Below, piece by piece: positions 17,694 through 26,292 of a stretch of 64,000 bases of DNA; positions within the stretch are counted from its first letter, which is position 1, and the number at the start of each line of letters is the position of its first letter. Under the pieces are notes generated by a model. It made no database searches. It saw nothing but the letters and a program-made list of their open reading frames with translations, and was not told the origin of the DNA. A program made the translations under genes and the position numbers. The stretch is taken from sequence record PV593634.1. One strand, given 5' to 3'.

Positions 17694-17815
17694 AATAGGC
17701 TCTCTCTCCCTATTTAAGGGTCACCTACACCAACAGCGCCCGGTATTTAGCCGAGATGTAATTATGGGATTGGGATTTTCAAGCCCTCACCGGCGGTGAT
17801 TGTAGAGAGATAACG

Positions 17816-17891
17816 TGGCGCTTGTGACAGGACTCGAACCTGTGACATATGGATTAACAGTCCACCGTTCTACCGACTGAACTACACAAGC
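17816..17891 (-). tRNA. tRNA-Asn(GUU)
   Basis: 76-nt cloverleaf, anticodon arm GUGGA-CUGUUAA-UCCAU, CCA. Confidence 0.95.
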
Positions 17892-17898
17892 TTAATAC

Positions 17899-18402
17899 TT
17901 ACCGTAACACTGGGAATTGGTCTTTTACTTCTCTTATGAGTTTATTGACGTCAATTCCTTCGGGAGCGCTTAATACTATCCTGGTTCTCGCATGAACTAA
18001 TGTCTGACCTCTGTTTGCTTCAGTGCAGGCTGAAGTCAAAGTAAAGTCACCATTTGTATTAATGGTGAGCGAGCTACCGGACAGTGTTACATTCTTCTTA
18101 CCGTTGATTACGGTAATGGTTTCACCAGACTCATTAACGATGTAAGCTTCTTCATTACGATCGACGTATCGAGTACGTGGACCATCTTCACCGTTGGCTT
18201 TAGGGCAATCGATTAAGATCGCAGCTATTGGACCACTGTTAAGGATGTCAAGTGTATAAGCACCAGCGATTGGTTCTAAGGTCTCACGCTGTGAGATATA
18301 GACTGGCTGATGCTGTTGGAATATTTGATCTCCAATAGATGGAGTCGTTACCTGTTCCTGTAAAGGAATGTCGTACTTGGTGATCTTCTTAAGATATAAC
18401 AT
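17899..18402 (-). CDS. Hypothetical protein
   Basis: 167 aa, GAGG RBS. Confidence 0.65.
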   Translation of the reverse strand: MLYLKKITKYDIPLQEQVTTPSIGDQIFQQHQPVYISQRETLEPIAGAYTLDILNSGPIAAILIDCPKANGEDGPRTRYVDRNEEAYIVNESGETITVINGKKNVTLSGSSLTINTNGDFTLTSACTEANRGQTLVHARTRIVLSAPEGIDVNKLIREVKDQFPVLR

Positions 18403-18414
18403 TTTGTATTGCCT

Positions 18415-19080
18415 CGTAGTGATAGTGTTGGTGTGAGGTATTATAAAGTCTGCCCCTCACTAAGATTCCGCTTAGTGTTTAACCGGCTGGCCGCCGGGGT
18501 CATTTGTCTCACTAGAGTTACTTGGAAGCTATTACAACCAAGACTTATCATGGGGTCCTCGCACTCCCCACTCCCTTCTCACGTCTTGCCCTCGACCAAC
18601 GAGGTGGAATCGGTACCACCCTTCTTAAAGAACTATCTTAATAACTCTTTAAGAAAGAAGGTTTGATGCTCGTCCGATATCTAAATCAGCGCTGGTCCTT
18701 TCGGAGGGCGACGAGCTTCAAGGTTCTGCTTGCACTTCATAGTCACTTGGTGTCTACTTGTAACAATGTACTTAGATCCGCCTAACTAATGGTGCTTGAC
18801 ACTACAGCGATGTTAACGCTTTATATAAGCCGAAGTTAATCGGTGATTGTTGAGTATCGTGGAGGGACTCGGTTCCTAATTGTGGTCCTGCTTTGGATTC
18901 GCTCTTTGGGATCAGCTGGAACATGTAAATTTCCTAAGAGAGTCCGACTTCGCTGCAACGCGTCCCTCGGCGGGAGATTGTTTTCCCAACATGTCGGGGA
19001 TGGTAGTACATTGTCAATCCGCAGATTGCCAATCAGACATGTCGAGAAATTGGTGATGTTTAACAGAGTATGGAGGCTCG
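18415..19080 (-). ncRNA. Second large structured non-coding RNA (about 600-660 nt; ends approximate)
   Basis: No credible ORF; 11-bp long-range helix, GAAA tetraloop and at least eight local hairpins. Confidence 0.6.
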
Positions 19081-19084
19081 GTTA

Positions 19085-19360
19085 TTAAATTACTTCATAC
19101 CAATCTTTACCGAACAGATCGGAAATAGAAGGAACCCAGGTGTTGACACGTTCGCCATTCACGATTACCAGGAAACGTTCCAGATAAAGGCGATCAAGGC
19201 CAGAGTCTTCAGAAGGGTTAACACTCGATGCGATTACAGAACCGTGAACTTGTATATACAAGTTCTTACCGTTCCAACCAGCACGAGCATATTTCTTGCC
19301 AGCTTCCAATCCAACCAGTACGACTGAAAATGGAATCAGCTTTTGTTCTTGTTGTGACAT
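19085..19360 (-). CDS. DUF2829 / Tad2-like nucleotide-signal sponge
   Basis: 91 aa; ARAGWNGKNLYI and WVPSISDLFGKDW match the DUF2829 pattern. Confidence 0.75.
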   Translation of the reverse strand: MSQQEQKLIPFSVVLVGLEAGKKYARAGWNGKNLYIQVHGSVIASSVNPSEDSGLDRLYLERFLVIVNGERVNTWVPSISDLFGKDWYEVI

Positions 19361-19773
19361 ACTATATCCCTTTTGATATATACTTAATTAAAAATCTATA
19401 TTAAAAGAGCCAGGGACGTCATATCCCTGGTTGCTAATATAGCAGTAAGAATGCGTCATAAGTTTGTTGAGAAGATGGCTTTGCAGGAGACCACTTCCAT
19501 ATATCTATTCCGAAAAACAAACATATGGAAGTAGGGTCTAACGACCCTAGACAATCCCAAGAAGATTTCCTTACCTTCCCTATAAACACTAGACAATGCT
19601 TATAGGGAAAGCAAATGCGCACCAGGAAAAGTTGTGCGCACTCACCCAACCCACTAAGAAGATTCCAAGCCGCGGAGCACAGGACCCTTCTTTATGAACA
19701 CTCAGGAAGAACTCATAAAGAAAGGTGGGAAGTGGCAGTCTTCCCAACCTTGATACATATAAGGAGGTTTTTT

Positions 19774-19890
19774 ATGAACAATGGCAACAGTTTAAATAGC
19801 AATACCTATCAACCGATGACGAAACACGATGGCAGACGAGTTTCTGTAAATACACTCTTTGGAATGCGCTTAAAGAAACGAAGACATTAA
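19774..19890 (+). CDS. Small basic protein (38 aa)
   Basis: AAGGAGG six bases upstream of ATG; MNNGNSLNSNTYQPMTKHDGRRVSVNTLFGMRLKKRRH. Confidence 0.5.
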   Translation: MNNGNSLNSNTYQPMTKHDGRRVSVNTLFGMRLKKRRH

Positions 19891-20028
19891 TTTCACATAA
19901 TATCTTCGACCAGTGTAATTAATCACTGTAAAGGTTTGAGTATATGAGCAATGCAATTTGAACAAGATGATTTGAGCAGGTGATCATTTCGTTACATAAT
20001 ATATACCAGTTCCATTAATTAATAAACC

Positions 20029-20045
20029 GATATTATCTACGTGTA
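20029..20045 (+). promoter_or_regulatory. Phage promoter-like motif
   Basis: GATATTATCTACGTGTA, identical to 31032-31048, at the head of the accessory gene run. Confidence 0.7.
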
Positions 20046-20086
20046 AGCAATTCGACTTATTTAAATTAACTTTAGAGGTTACTAGA

Positions 20087-20701
20087 ATGCAAACCATTAA
20101 TCAGACTCAAGTAGAATCAATCCGCACAATTATCAGCGGGCAGTTGCGTGAGAAGTTCAGTCTGGACCAAATCGTCATTACCAAGGTAGATGATGATCTT
20201 CTCTATCAAGGTCATGAATTCGAATCAGATGTATACGCTCTGGAATTCATTATCAATGGCCAAAACCGCTACACAACCTTCTTCGGCTACCGGAATGGTA
20301 AGATCGGGTTCACTCGTTGTAAAGAAGGCATTCTGCGTCGTCTGGCTGGTTTGATCCGTCCGCACGATTTCGGACTGGGAGCAACTGATGACTATTATCG
20401 TCGTGATGATGTCATTGGTAAATTCCTGGAGTATGTAATAAACCAGAAAGTAGAGATGGAGATCCAAGATAAATTGGATAACCTCTACAAAGGTACGATT
20501 CGTTGTTCTGATTACACATTCGGCTACTATGTAACTCGTCGTCACAAAACAACCATGAGTTATGATGCCGATGTAGAGATCCTGGTTCGTGGTGAATCGG
20601 ATCCAACCTATCGTCGTTATGAAGCAAACGTCATTAACGGCCGTATGGTTAGTCTTCGCAATTCCGACGGAGTGGAAGTTCCACTGAAGTCATTGTTCTA
20701 A
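20087..20701 (+). CDS. Hypothetical early protein
   Basis: 204 aa, GAGG RBS. Confidence 0.75.
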   Translation: MQTINQTQVESIRTIISGQLREKFSLDQIVITKVDDDLLYQGHEFESDVYALEFIINGQNRYTTFFGYRNGKIGFTRCKEGILRRLAGLIRPHDFGLGATDDYYRRDDVIGKFLEYVINQKVEMEIQDKLDNLYKGTIRCSDYTFGYYVTRRHKTTMSYDADVEILVRGESDPTYRRYEANVINGRMVSLRNSDGVEVPLKSLF

Positions 20702-20756
20702 TACCAAGCTCCAAATCGTATTGAATTCAACCCATAACTGAAAGAGAGATATTATC

Positions 20757-21086
20757 ATGGCTAAGAAACCAAAAGCTAACCCGAACAAACCTGCTAAGCG
20801 TCCTATCGTAAACATCCAGTACTTCAACGTTTATAACGAAGTACTGAAATTCGAAGAAGTACTGGACATTGATATCGATCGCATCAATGAAGTTGTTATC
20901 GATGTAATGACCGATGCAGCAATGGAAGGTAAATTGGGCGATGTCCCAACTACTGAACAGATCGAATCTCTGGTTAGCAAGATCGTCGATATCTTGAAAG
21001 ACGAACCAGAGGCAGAATCGGAAGAAGGTGTTGATTATGAACTGGAACAATTCCAGGTTGATCCAATGGTCGGCATCCGTCGTTAA
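20757..21086 (+). CDS. Hypothetical acidic protein
   Basis: 109 aa, strong codon bias. Confidence 0.75.
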   Translation: MAKKPKANPNKPAKRPIVNIQYFNVYNEVLKFEEVLDIDIDRINEVVIDVMTDAAMEGKLGDVPTTEQIESLVSKIVDILKDEPEAESEEGVDYELEQFQVDPMVGIRR

Positions 21087-21132
21087 TTAAATCAATAACT
21101 CCTGAGCTTAGGCTTGGGGGTTAGGGGGTAAT

Positions 21133-21522
21133 ATGAATAAGCAAGAACAAATGCGGTTATTTAAATCTGAATTGGAAACAATTCTGGGTCAGTTGAGTTT
21201 CTCCTATAACTGCTCTGCGTATGAGATCCGTCAGTTCGGTGAAGAGTTCTACAGCCGCGTAGTTGAACTGGGTCAGGATAAATACAAACTAACTGTTCAT
21301 CATGCTGGTAAAGGTGATGCTTGGTTCGAGACTCTGGTTGTTAAGAAGATGTCTCAGGTAACTGAAACGTTCCGTGAGGAATTCTTCCGTGTCACTCCAG
21401 TTTCTAATGGCGAGGAATGGGAATTCGTTCGTCCATTCTATTCCCGTGTCATGAGAGGCTCTCCAGAGGGCTGTACATCGTTGATCCTTCGTCTGGTTGG
21501 AGTTGGAGATGGTACTATCTAA
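21133..21522 (+). CDS. Hypothetical protein
   Basis: 129 aa. Confidence 0.7.
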   Translation: MNKQEQMRLFKSELETILGQLSFSYNCSAYEIRQFGEEFYSRVVELGQDKYKLTVHHAGKGDAWFETLVVKKMSQVTETFREEFFRVTPVSNGEEWEFVRPFYSRVMRGSPEGCTSLILRLVGVGDGTI

Positions 21523-21931
21523 ACACGCTGTAGATCGTCTACAAGAAGCTTGTAATGCGGTTTGCCGTATCAAGGTGACTATGGGTTATAGTAATTCCCG
21601 TATCAAACCAGAGCGTGGCAGAGAAGCAGTTCAGTGCATTCGCAAAGTAGCAAGGTTATGTCCCGACATAACCACAATCAGATATGAACAGAATAAGAAA
21701 CCGAAGTTCATCGATATCACTTGGAAACCTAGAGGAGAGGGATATTACTTCTATCCTGAAATGATCCTTAAAGATCCAGCGATAATCAAATCCTACATGC
21801 TTAAGATATGGGTGGATTCCAAAGGAACTGCACACATTGATTCAGCTATTGGCTATTCGTGTACTATATCCGCTATTACTCCGTTAGAGTTATTAGAGTG
21901 GATAGTTGAATTTGTGGAAGAATTAAATTGA
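21509..21931 (+). CDS. Hypothetical protein
   Basis: ATG at 21509 after GGAG; begins MVLSKHAVDRLQE. Confidence 0.65.
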   Translation: MVLSKHAVDRLQEACNAVCRIKVTMGYSNSRIKPERGREAVQCIRKVARLCPDITTIRYEQNKKPKFIDITWKPRGEGYYFYPEMILKDPAIIKSYMLKIWVDSKGTAHIDSAIGYSCTISAITPLELLEWIVEFVEELN

Positions 21932-22038
21932 TTCTTTACTCTTAATCTTATTAATTGGTTAGGGGTAGGGGGTTAAAATCCGGAAGGATAATTCTTATAA
22001 ATTAAGTATTACGAAGTAATCATCCTACAGAGGTAGTT

Positions 22039-22647
22039 ATGAATATGTTCCCTATTGCAGTTGGTATTTTAGTAGTTATGGGTTTCTTTGCTTACAAGTT
22101 ATACGTTTACGTTAGTAAGAAAGAAGAATTAGAATTACAGAAATCTATTATTAAGATCATTAATAATAAGATCAGTAAAAGAAATGATCCTTTCTTCATT
22201 ACCACAAAGATGGTACGTGAGTGGATTCTTCATGAAGCGATCGTTAAAGAAGTACAGGTTAAAATAATCAGCCATAACTGTTTCGATGAGATTCAGATAT
22301 CTGGTCATTACGCAACAAGCTCGTTCTATCATGTTCCGTTCTATAGTCCATCTCGGAAGATGTCCGATACTAACGAGATCGATGTAAGCGAACGCAATGA
22401 TGCAAGTGAGATGGTACGCCTGGCTCAGGCTTATGCCGTTATCTATGCTGCTCATTACCAAATGGATATTGGGCACGATCTGACCAGGGATGACCTGGAA
22501 CACATCAAACTCGAAGTGAACAATATCTACGGTGATGTTGTAGATACTCGCGTGTTCAACGTTGGTCAGGCTCATGGCATTATGCGCATTACTGACCGTG
22601 ATGATTATTCTGTTTGTGTAGAACAACTCTTTCCATCTACCAAGTAA
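22039..22647 (+). CDS. Membrane-anchored hypothetical protein
   Basis: N-terminal hydrophobic helix. Confidence 0.7.
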   Translation: MNMFPIAVGILVVMGFFAYKLYVYVSKKEELELQKSIIKIINNKISKRNDPFFITTKMVREWILHEAIVKEVQVKIISHNCFDEIQISGHYATSSFYHVPFYSPSRKMSDTNEIDVSERNDASEMVRLAQAYAVIYAAHYQMDIGHDLTRDDLEHIKLEVNNIYGDVVDTRVFNVGQAHGIMRITDRDDYSVCVEQLFPSTK

Positions 22648-22656
22648 GGGACTGTC

Positions 22657-23031
22657 ATGTCTATTAACGAAATGTTGCCATATGTCTTAATCGTTATTCT
22701 TTCTCTGTGTTTGTTGAAGATCTATCGTAAAGCTCAACAACGTCGGGCTAAAGGGGAATTCGCTCTGGAAGAGATCACTCAAGCTCGTAAGTACTTTGTG
22801 GTATCTTTGCAACACTGTATCGATAATGGTATCGAGATCACTGCTAAACAAATCCGTCTGATCATCAAAGAGACCAACGACTACCATCCTGATGTATCAA
22901 TTGATTTCGATTTGGTAGCGGGAAGCTTTGAGATTGAACTTAAGACACATGGGTTGAAACGTACTATCTACGGATACACTTATCCGCCTAAGTACGAACT
23001 CGAAAACAACATGCGTTACGTTATTAACTAA
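22657..23031 (+). CDS. Membrane-anchored hypothetical protein
   Basis: N-terminal hydrophobic helix. Confidence 0.7.
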   Translation: MSINEMLPYVLIVILSLCLLKIYRKAQQRRAKGEFALEEITQARKYFVVSLQHCIDNGIEITAKQIRLIIKETNDYHPDVSIDFDLVAGSFEIELKTHGLKRTIYGYTYPPKYELENNMRYVIN

Positions 23032-23107
23032 TCTTCTGAAATAATACGCCATTGTCCATCCTGGGCAATATGCAATATTTTAATCATAAACTAAAGGTAT
23101 AAAGTCA

Positions 23108-23806
23108 ATGTCTAAATATAAAGTAGCTACCGCCGTTAAGTTCAACATCGCTATCACCACCATGCTGGCCCATGTCGAAGCCCTTAACGACCGTATTGCT
23201 CTGAAACTTGAGACAATCGGTGTTGGTGAGTATTTCGATGTTTACACCGACGGGGTTACTATTCAGGTTCGTAAAACTGAAAAGGGTGGCGAAATTGGGT
23301 TTGGCGATGGTTCATGGTTAGGTGGATTGGAATTCTCCACCAAGCTGGGTACCAAAGCTAAGCCACTGAACAAACGTGTTCTTAACGATATCCAGGTTTG
23401 GTTCCATCGTGAATATGCCGCTTCTCTGGAGAAGTTCAAAGAAGATCTGGATTATCACGCAGCTGATGTTACTGTACGTCGCGCCATTGATACCATTGGG
23501 ATTATCGATCGCCTGACTGCTAAATCGTACGAATGTGCTGAAATCGCTCGTGCTTCCATGTTGAACGAATTGGTCAATATTGAAGTGACTTGTTCTCGTA
23601 CTCTGTTCAACAAGGTAAACGTTACGGTTTCTGTACAGTCTAAAGCGGACTATTCCAAAGTTCCTACCAACCGTCTGCCTCTGTTAGCGGTTCTGGTTCC
23701 GGTAGCTTCTGGTGTACTGAAACAGTTCACATGTTATTACAAACATGAACCTGTTAACCAGTACGTTCAGGACATCGTTAAAGAATATTTCGACTGGCGT
23801 TTATAA
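23108..23806 (+). CDS. Hypothetical protein
   Basis: 232 aa, strong codon bias. Confidence 0.75.
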   Translation: MSKYKVATAVKFNIAITTMLAHVEALNDRIALKLETIGVGEYFDVYTDGVTIQVRKTEKGGEIGFGDGSWLGGLEFSTKLGTKAKPLNKRVLNDIQVWFHREYAASLEKFKEDLDYHAADVTVRRAIDTIGIIDRLTAKSYECAEIARASMLNELVNIEVTCSRTLFNKVNVTVSVQSKADYSKVPTNRLPLLAVLVPVASGVLKQFTCYYKHEPVNQYVQDIVKEYFDWRL

Positions 23807-23881
23807 CGAATATGGGAATGGGGTTCATGCCTCATTCCCAGTTTGTTTAGTCATTTGAATTTTGTGACTAATGGAGGTCAT

Positions 23882-24274
23882 ATGTTTGATTTAAAAATCA
23901 TCGGTGGGGTGATCGTCATTATCGCTGTTATGTTGTTTATAGCAAGTATATGGCTTAGCTCAATACTGTTACGTGAAGCTGACGAAATCAAAGCTGCCGC
24001 TGGAGCTGTAGGCGGTGCCTTTGATATGGTAAGCATTGAAGTCCAAAAGAAGTTAGAGAATAACAACGTACTATCGTATATCGATCTTCTTGGCATAGTT
24101 TCCAGAGTCAGTACGTTAGTCCCTGGTGTAAAAATCGGCATGGATGAAGATTGGAAACGTAAACGAGTTAGTATCGTAATAGAGAGTGGGGCAGTCAAAG
24201 CGACGTACACCATTCTTGCTACTATCATCGAACGTCCTCCATCTCGTAAAATAACTATGGTAAATGGTGGGTAA
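23882..24274 (+). CDS. Membrane-anchored hypothetical protein
   Basis: GGAGG RBS before ATG 23882; long hydrophobic N-terminus. Confidence 0.7.
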   Translation: MFDLKIIGGVIVIIAVMLFIASIWLSSILLREADEIKAAAGAVGGAFDMVSIEVQKKLENNNVLSYIDLLGIVSRVSTLVPGVKIGMDEDWKRKRVSIVIESGAVKATYTILATIIERPPSRKITMVNGG

Positions 24275-24279
24275 CTAAA

Positions 24280-24594
24280 ATGAATCTGTTTGTAGGTATT
24301 ATTCTGGCATTAGCCTGTGTTGTTATCTTCCATCAACGTAAAGCTAATGCCATCTACAAAGCAGATTGGTTAAAGGTTCTGGATACGAAGGCACTGGTAA
24401 TGAGAGAGTTGAGAAAACACTTTGATTCCAGTCCTTCTATTCCTCTGTACACATTAACCCAGATCTGTGTAAGGCATCACATGGATTCTGGGGTTAATGT
24501 GATCCTTAAACCTAAATCTGAAACGTACCAGATTATCTTTGCTAGAGGTAAAGCTGAAGATAGTTTTACTTTAACCAAATCTGTAGTTTCTTAA
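24280..24594 (+). CDS. Membrane-anchored hypothetical protein
   Basis: N-terminal hydrophobic helix. Confidence 0.7.
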   Translation: MNLFVGIILALACVVIFHQRKANAIYKADWLKVLDTKALVMRELRKHFDSSPSIPLYTLTQICVRHHMDSGVNVILKPKSETYQIIFARGKAEDSFTLTKSVVS

Positions 24595-24814
24595 TCCATT
24601 TCTATCTTATGCAGTTCTACTCTATTTTCTTCTCTTACTTTCTACTTTGGTAGTGAGTAAGGGGGAGAAAGAGGGGGATTGTCCTTTCCTGGCGGGAGGC
24701 CAATCTTCTATACTTATTAGGTTTTTATACTATAAGTATATTAAGAAAGAAAATAGTAAGAAACGATAGTGAACTTTTTAAATTAAAATTTCCCAAAATT
24801 CAATTGAGGTTAAT

Positions 24815-25300
24815 ATGCTATTCATTACTGACATATATGGGGAATATCACACCAAGGAAGATAGAGATCGAATAGAAAGGTTAATAACGGAACGTAATAA
24901 GGTCGTCGGGTACGATTACATCCTATCTGAGGAAATTGGTTCCAACGTGGCATTAACCAAACAGGAAATGGAAAAAGGGATCAACAATAGAACCTGGGGA
25001 ATTTCTCCTAGAACTTATAAGTTAGGTATTAAGTTAGGAATTCCTGTTATCGGTATTGATGACTGGGAAGAAAGTATTTACAAGAAGACTTTAGCAGAAC
25101 AATTTCTTCTTAGAGAAAAACGAATGGTGGATGTTATTGACGAGTACAGTCGTTTGGGTAATTGCGCTGTAATAGTTGGTGACACTCACTTAAGATCGAT
25201 AGATACTAAAGAACTGGGTAAATCTAGCAAACTCCATTTGGAATTTTCTAATCACCCTGGATTTACAATTTATAGATCCCCTTTATCTGAAATCAAATAA
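24815..25300 (+). CDS. Putative EreA/ChaN/TIKI-fold protein
   Basis: Motifs GEYH, LSEE, PVIGID, REKRM and VIVGDTHL in the expected order. Confidence 0.55.
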   Translation: MLFITDIYGEYHTKEDRDRIERLITERNKVVGYDYILSEEIGSNVALTKQEMEKGINNRTWGISPRTYKLGIKLGIPVIGIDDWEESIYKKTLAEQFLLREKRMVDVIDEYSRLGNCAVIVGDTHLRSIDTKELGKSSKLHLEFSNHPGFTIYRSPLSEIK

Positions 25301-25346
25301 ATAGCTCAGTTATCCTTAAGTGGGTAACTGGGTAGGAGATATATGT

Positions 25347-25901
25347 ATGTCTAACTATAATGTTTACGATGCTCTTGTACAACGTGGTATTGGTGAAGTG
25401 GGTATGGAAGTATTAAAACTGGTTAAGGATTACAACAATGGGGTAATCGAGATCAAAACCTGTTTGGGTACTTTTGTGTATGACGGTACGGGTCGTAACC
25501 GTATTCTTAATTTCAATGGTGAAACTATTCTTTATGATCTGGAAGAAATCATATTACCTCAAGATAGCGTCACCGAACAAGCATGGAAGTTCAAGTCCAG
25601 AATGACATCCACATCTATCTACGACAAGCTGCGTAACTCTATTAATGCAGGTCGTCCTAATGTAGGTCCAGAAGTGGTGGAAGTGGACTATGAAGATATA
25701 CAGTCTTTGTTGGGTATACTTAAAGCTGTAATACCCGGTACTCTTCCTTTGGCTTACACTCGTGTTCGTAACGTTATCCGTACTCAGATGAAAGATAAAA
25801 CTGAAGAGATAATCGGTAGGGAGATGGATCCACTTGAAAAGATCCGTGAAGTGGAACGTATCGAAGCTTTAATCCGTAAATGTGATAATGGGAGTCTGTA
25901 A
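25347..25901 (+). CDS. Hypothetical protein
   Basis: AGGAG RBS; start approximate. Confidence 0.7.
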   Translation: MSNYNVYDALVQRGIGEVGMEVLKLVKDYNNGVIEIKTCLGTFVYDGTGRNRILNFNGETILYDLEEIILPQDSVTEQAWKFKSRMTSTSIYDKLRNSINAGRPNVGPEVVEVDYEDIQSLLGILKAVIPGTLPLAYTRVRNVIRTQMKDKTEEIIGREMDPLEKIREVERIEALIRKCDNGSL

Positions 25902-26281
25902 TGAAAACAGAAACTATTGAGAAAGTCAAAGCACTCGTTAAAGAAGTCCTGCTTGAGATCAAAGAGAACAAGTACGACCAAATGTTCCACGAGCTACTGT
26001 TCCATTGCCGCTATACTCGTGCTAGTGCCGCGTATCTTCCATCTGTCACAACGTTTACCATTGGCGAAGTTAAGTACTCACTTTACCCTTACACCCGTAT
26101 TGACTGTTATGCTATTAAGATCACAACAGTAGTTGACAACGTTGATTACGAATTGGGTAAAATCGTTTATACCGGCAATGACTACCGTTTAGATAATACC
26201 CTGGAAAGAAGTACAACCAACTATACTGATTTGCTGGCTGATAATTCTGCTAAGATCGGTATTCTAATCAATTTCATTTAA
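25901..26281 (+). CDS. Hypothetical protein
   Basis: 126 aa, coupled start/stop. Confidence 0.7.
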   Translation: MKTETIEKVKALVKEVLLEIKENKYDQMFHELLFHCRYTRASAAYLPSVTTFTIGEVKYSLYPYTRIDCYAIKITTVVDNVDYELGKIVYTGNDYRLDNTLERSTTNYTDLLADNSAKIGILINFI

Positions 26282-26292
26282 GGAGAAACAAA

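Noticed and set aside
18520-18750. Group I intron, tmRNA or RNase P identity for large RNA 2
   Set aside because: Only partial GACUA/AAGUC similarity; no exons, no tRNA-like ends with tag frame, no GAGGAAAGUCC-type RNase P motif.
19410-19746. CRISPR array or mini-array
   Set aside because: Hairpins share no repeat sequence, spacing is irregular, and no cas genes are present.
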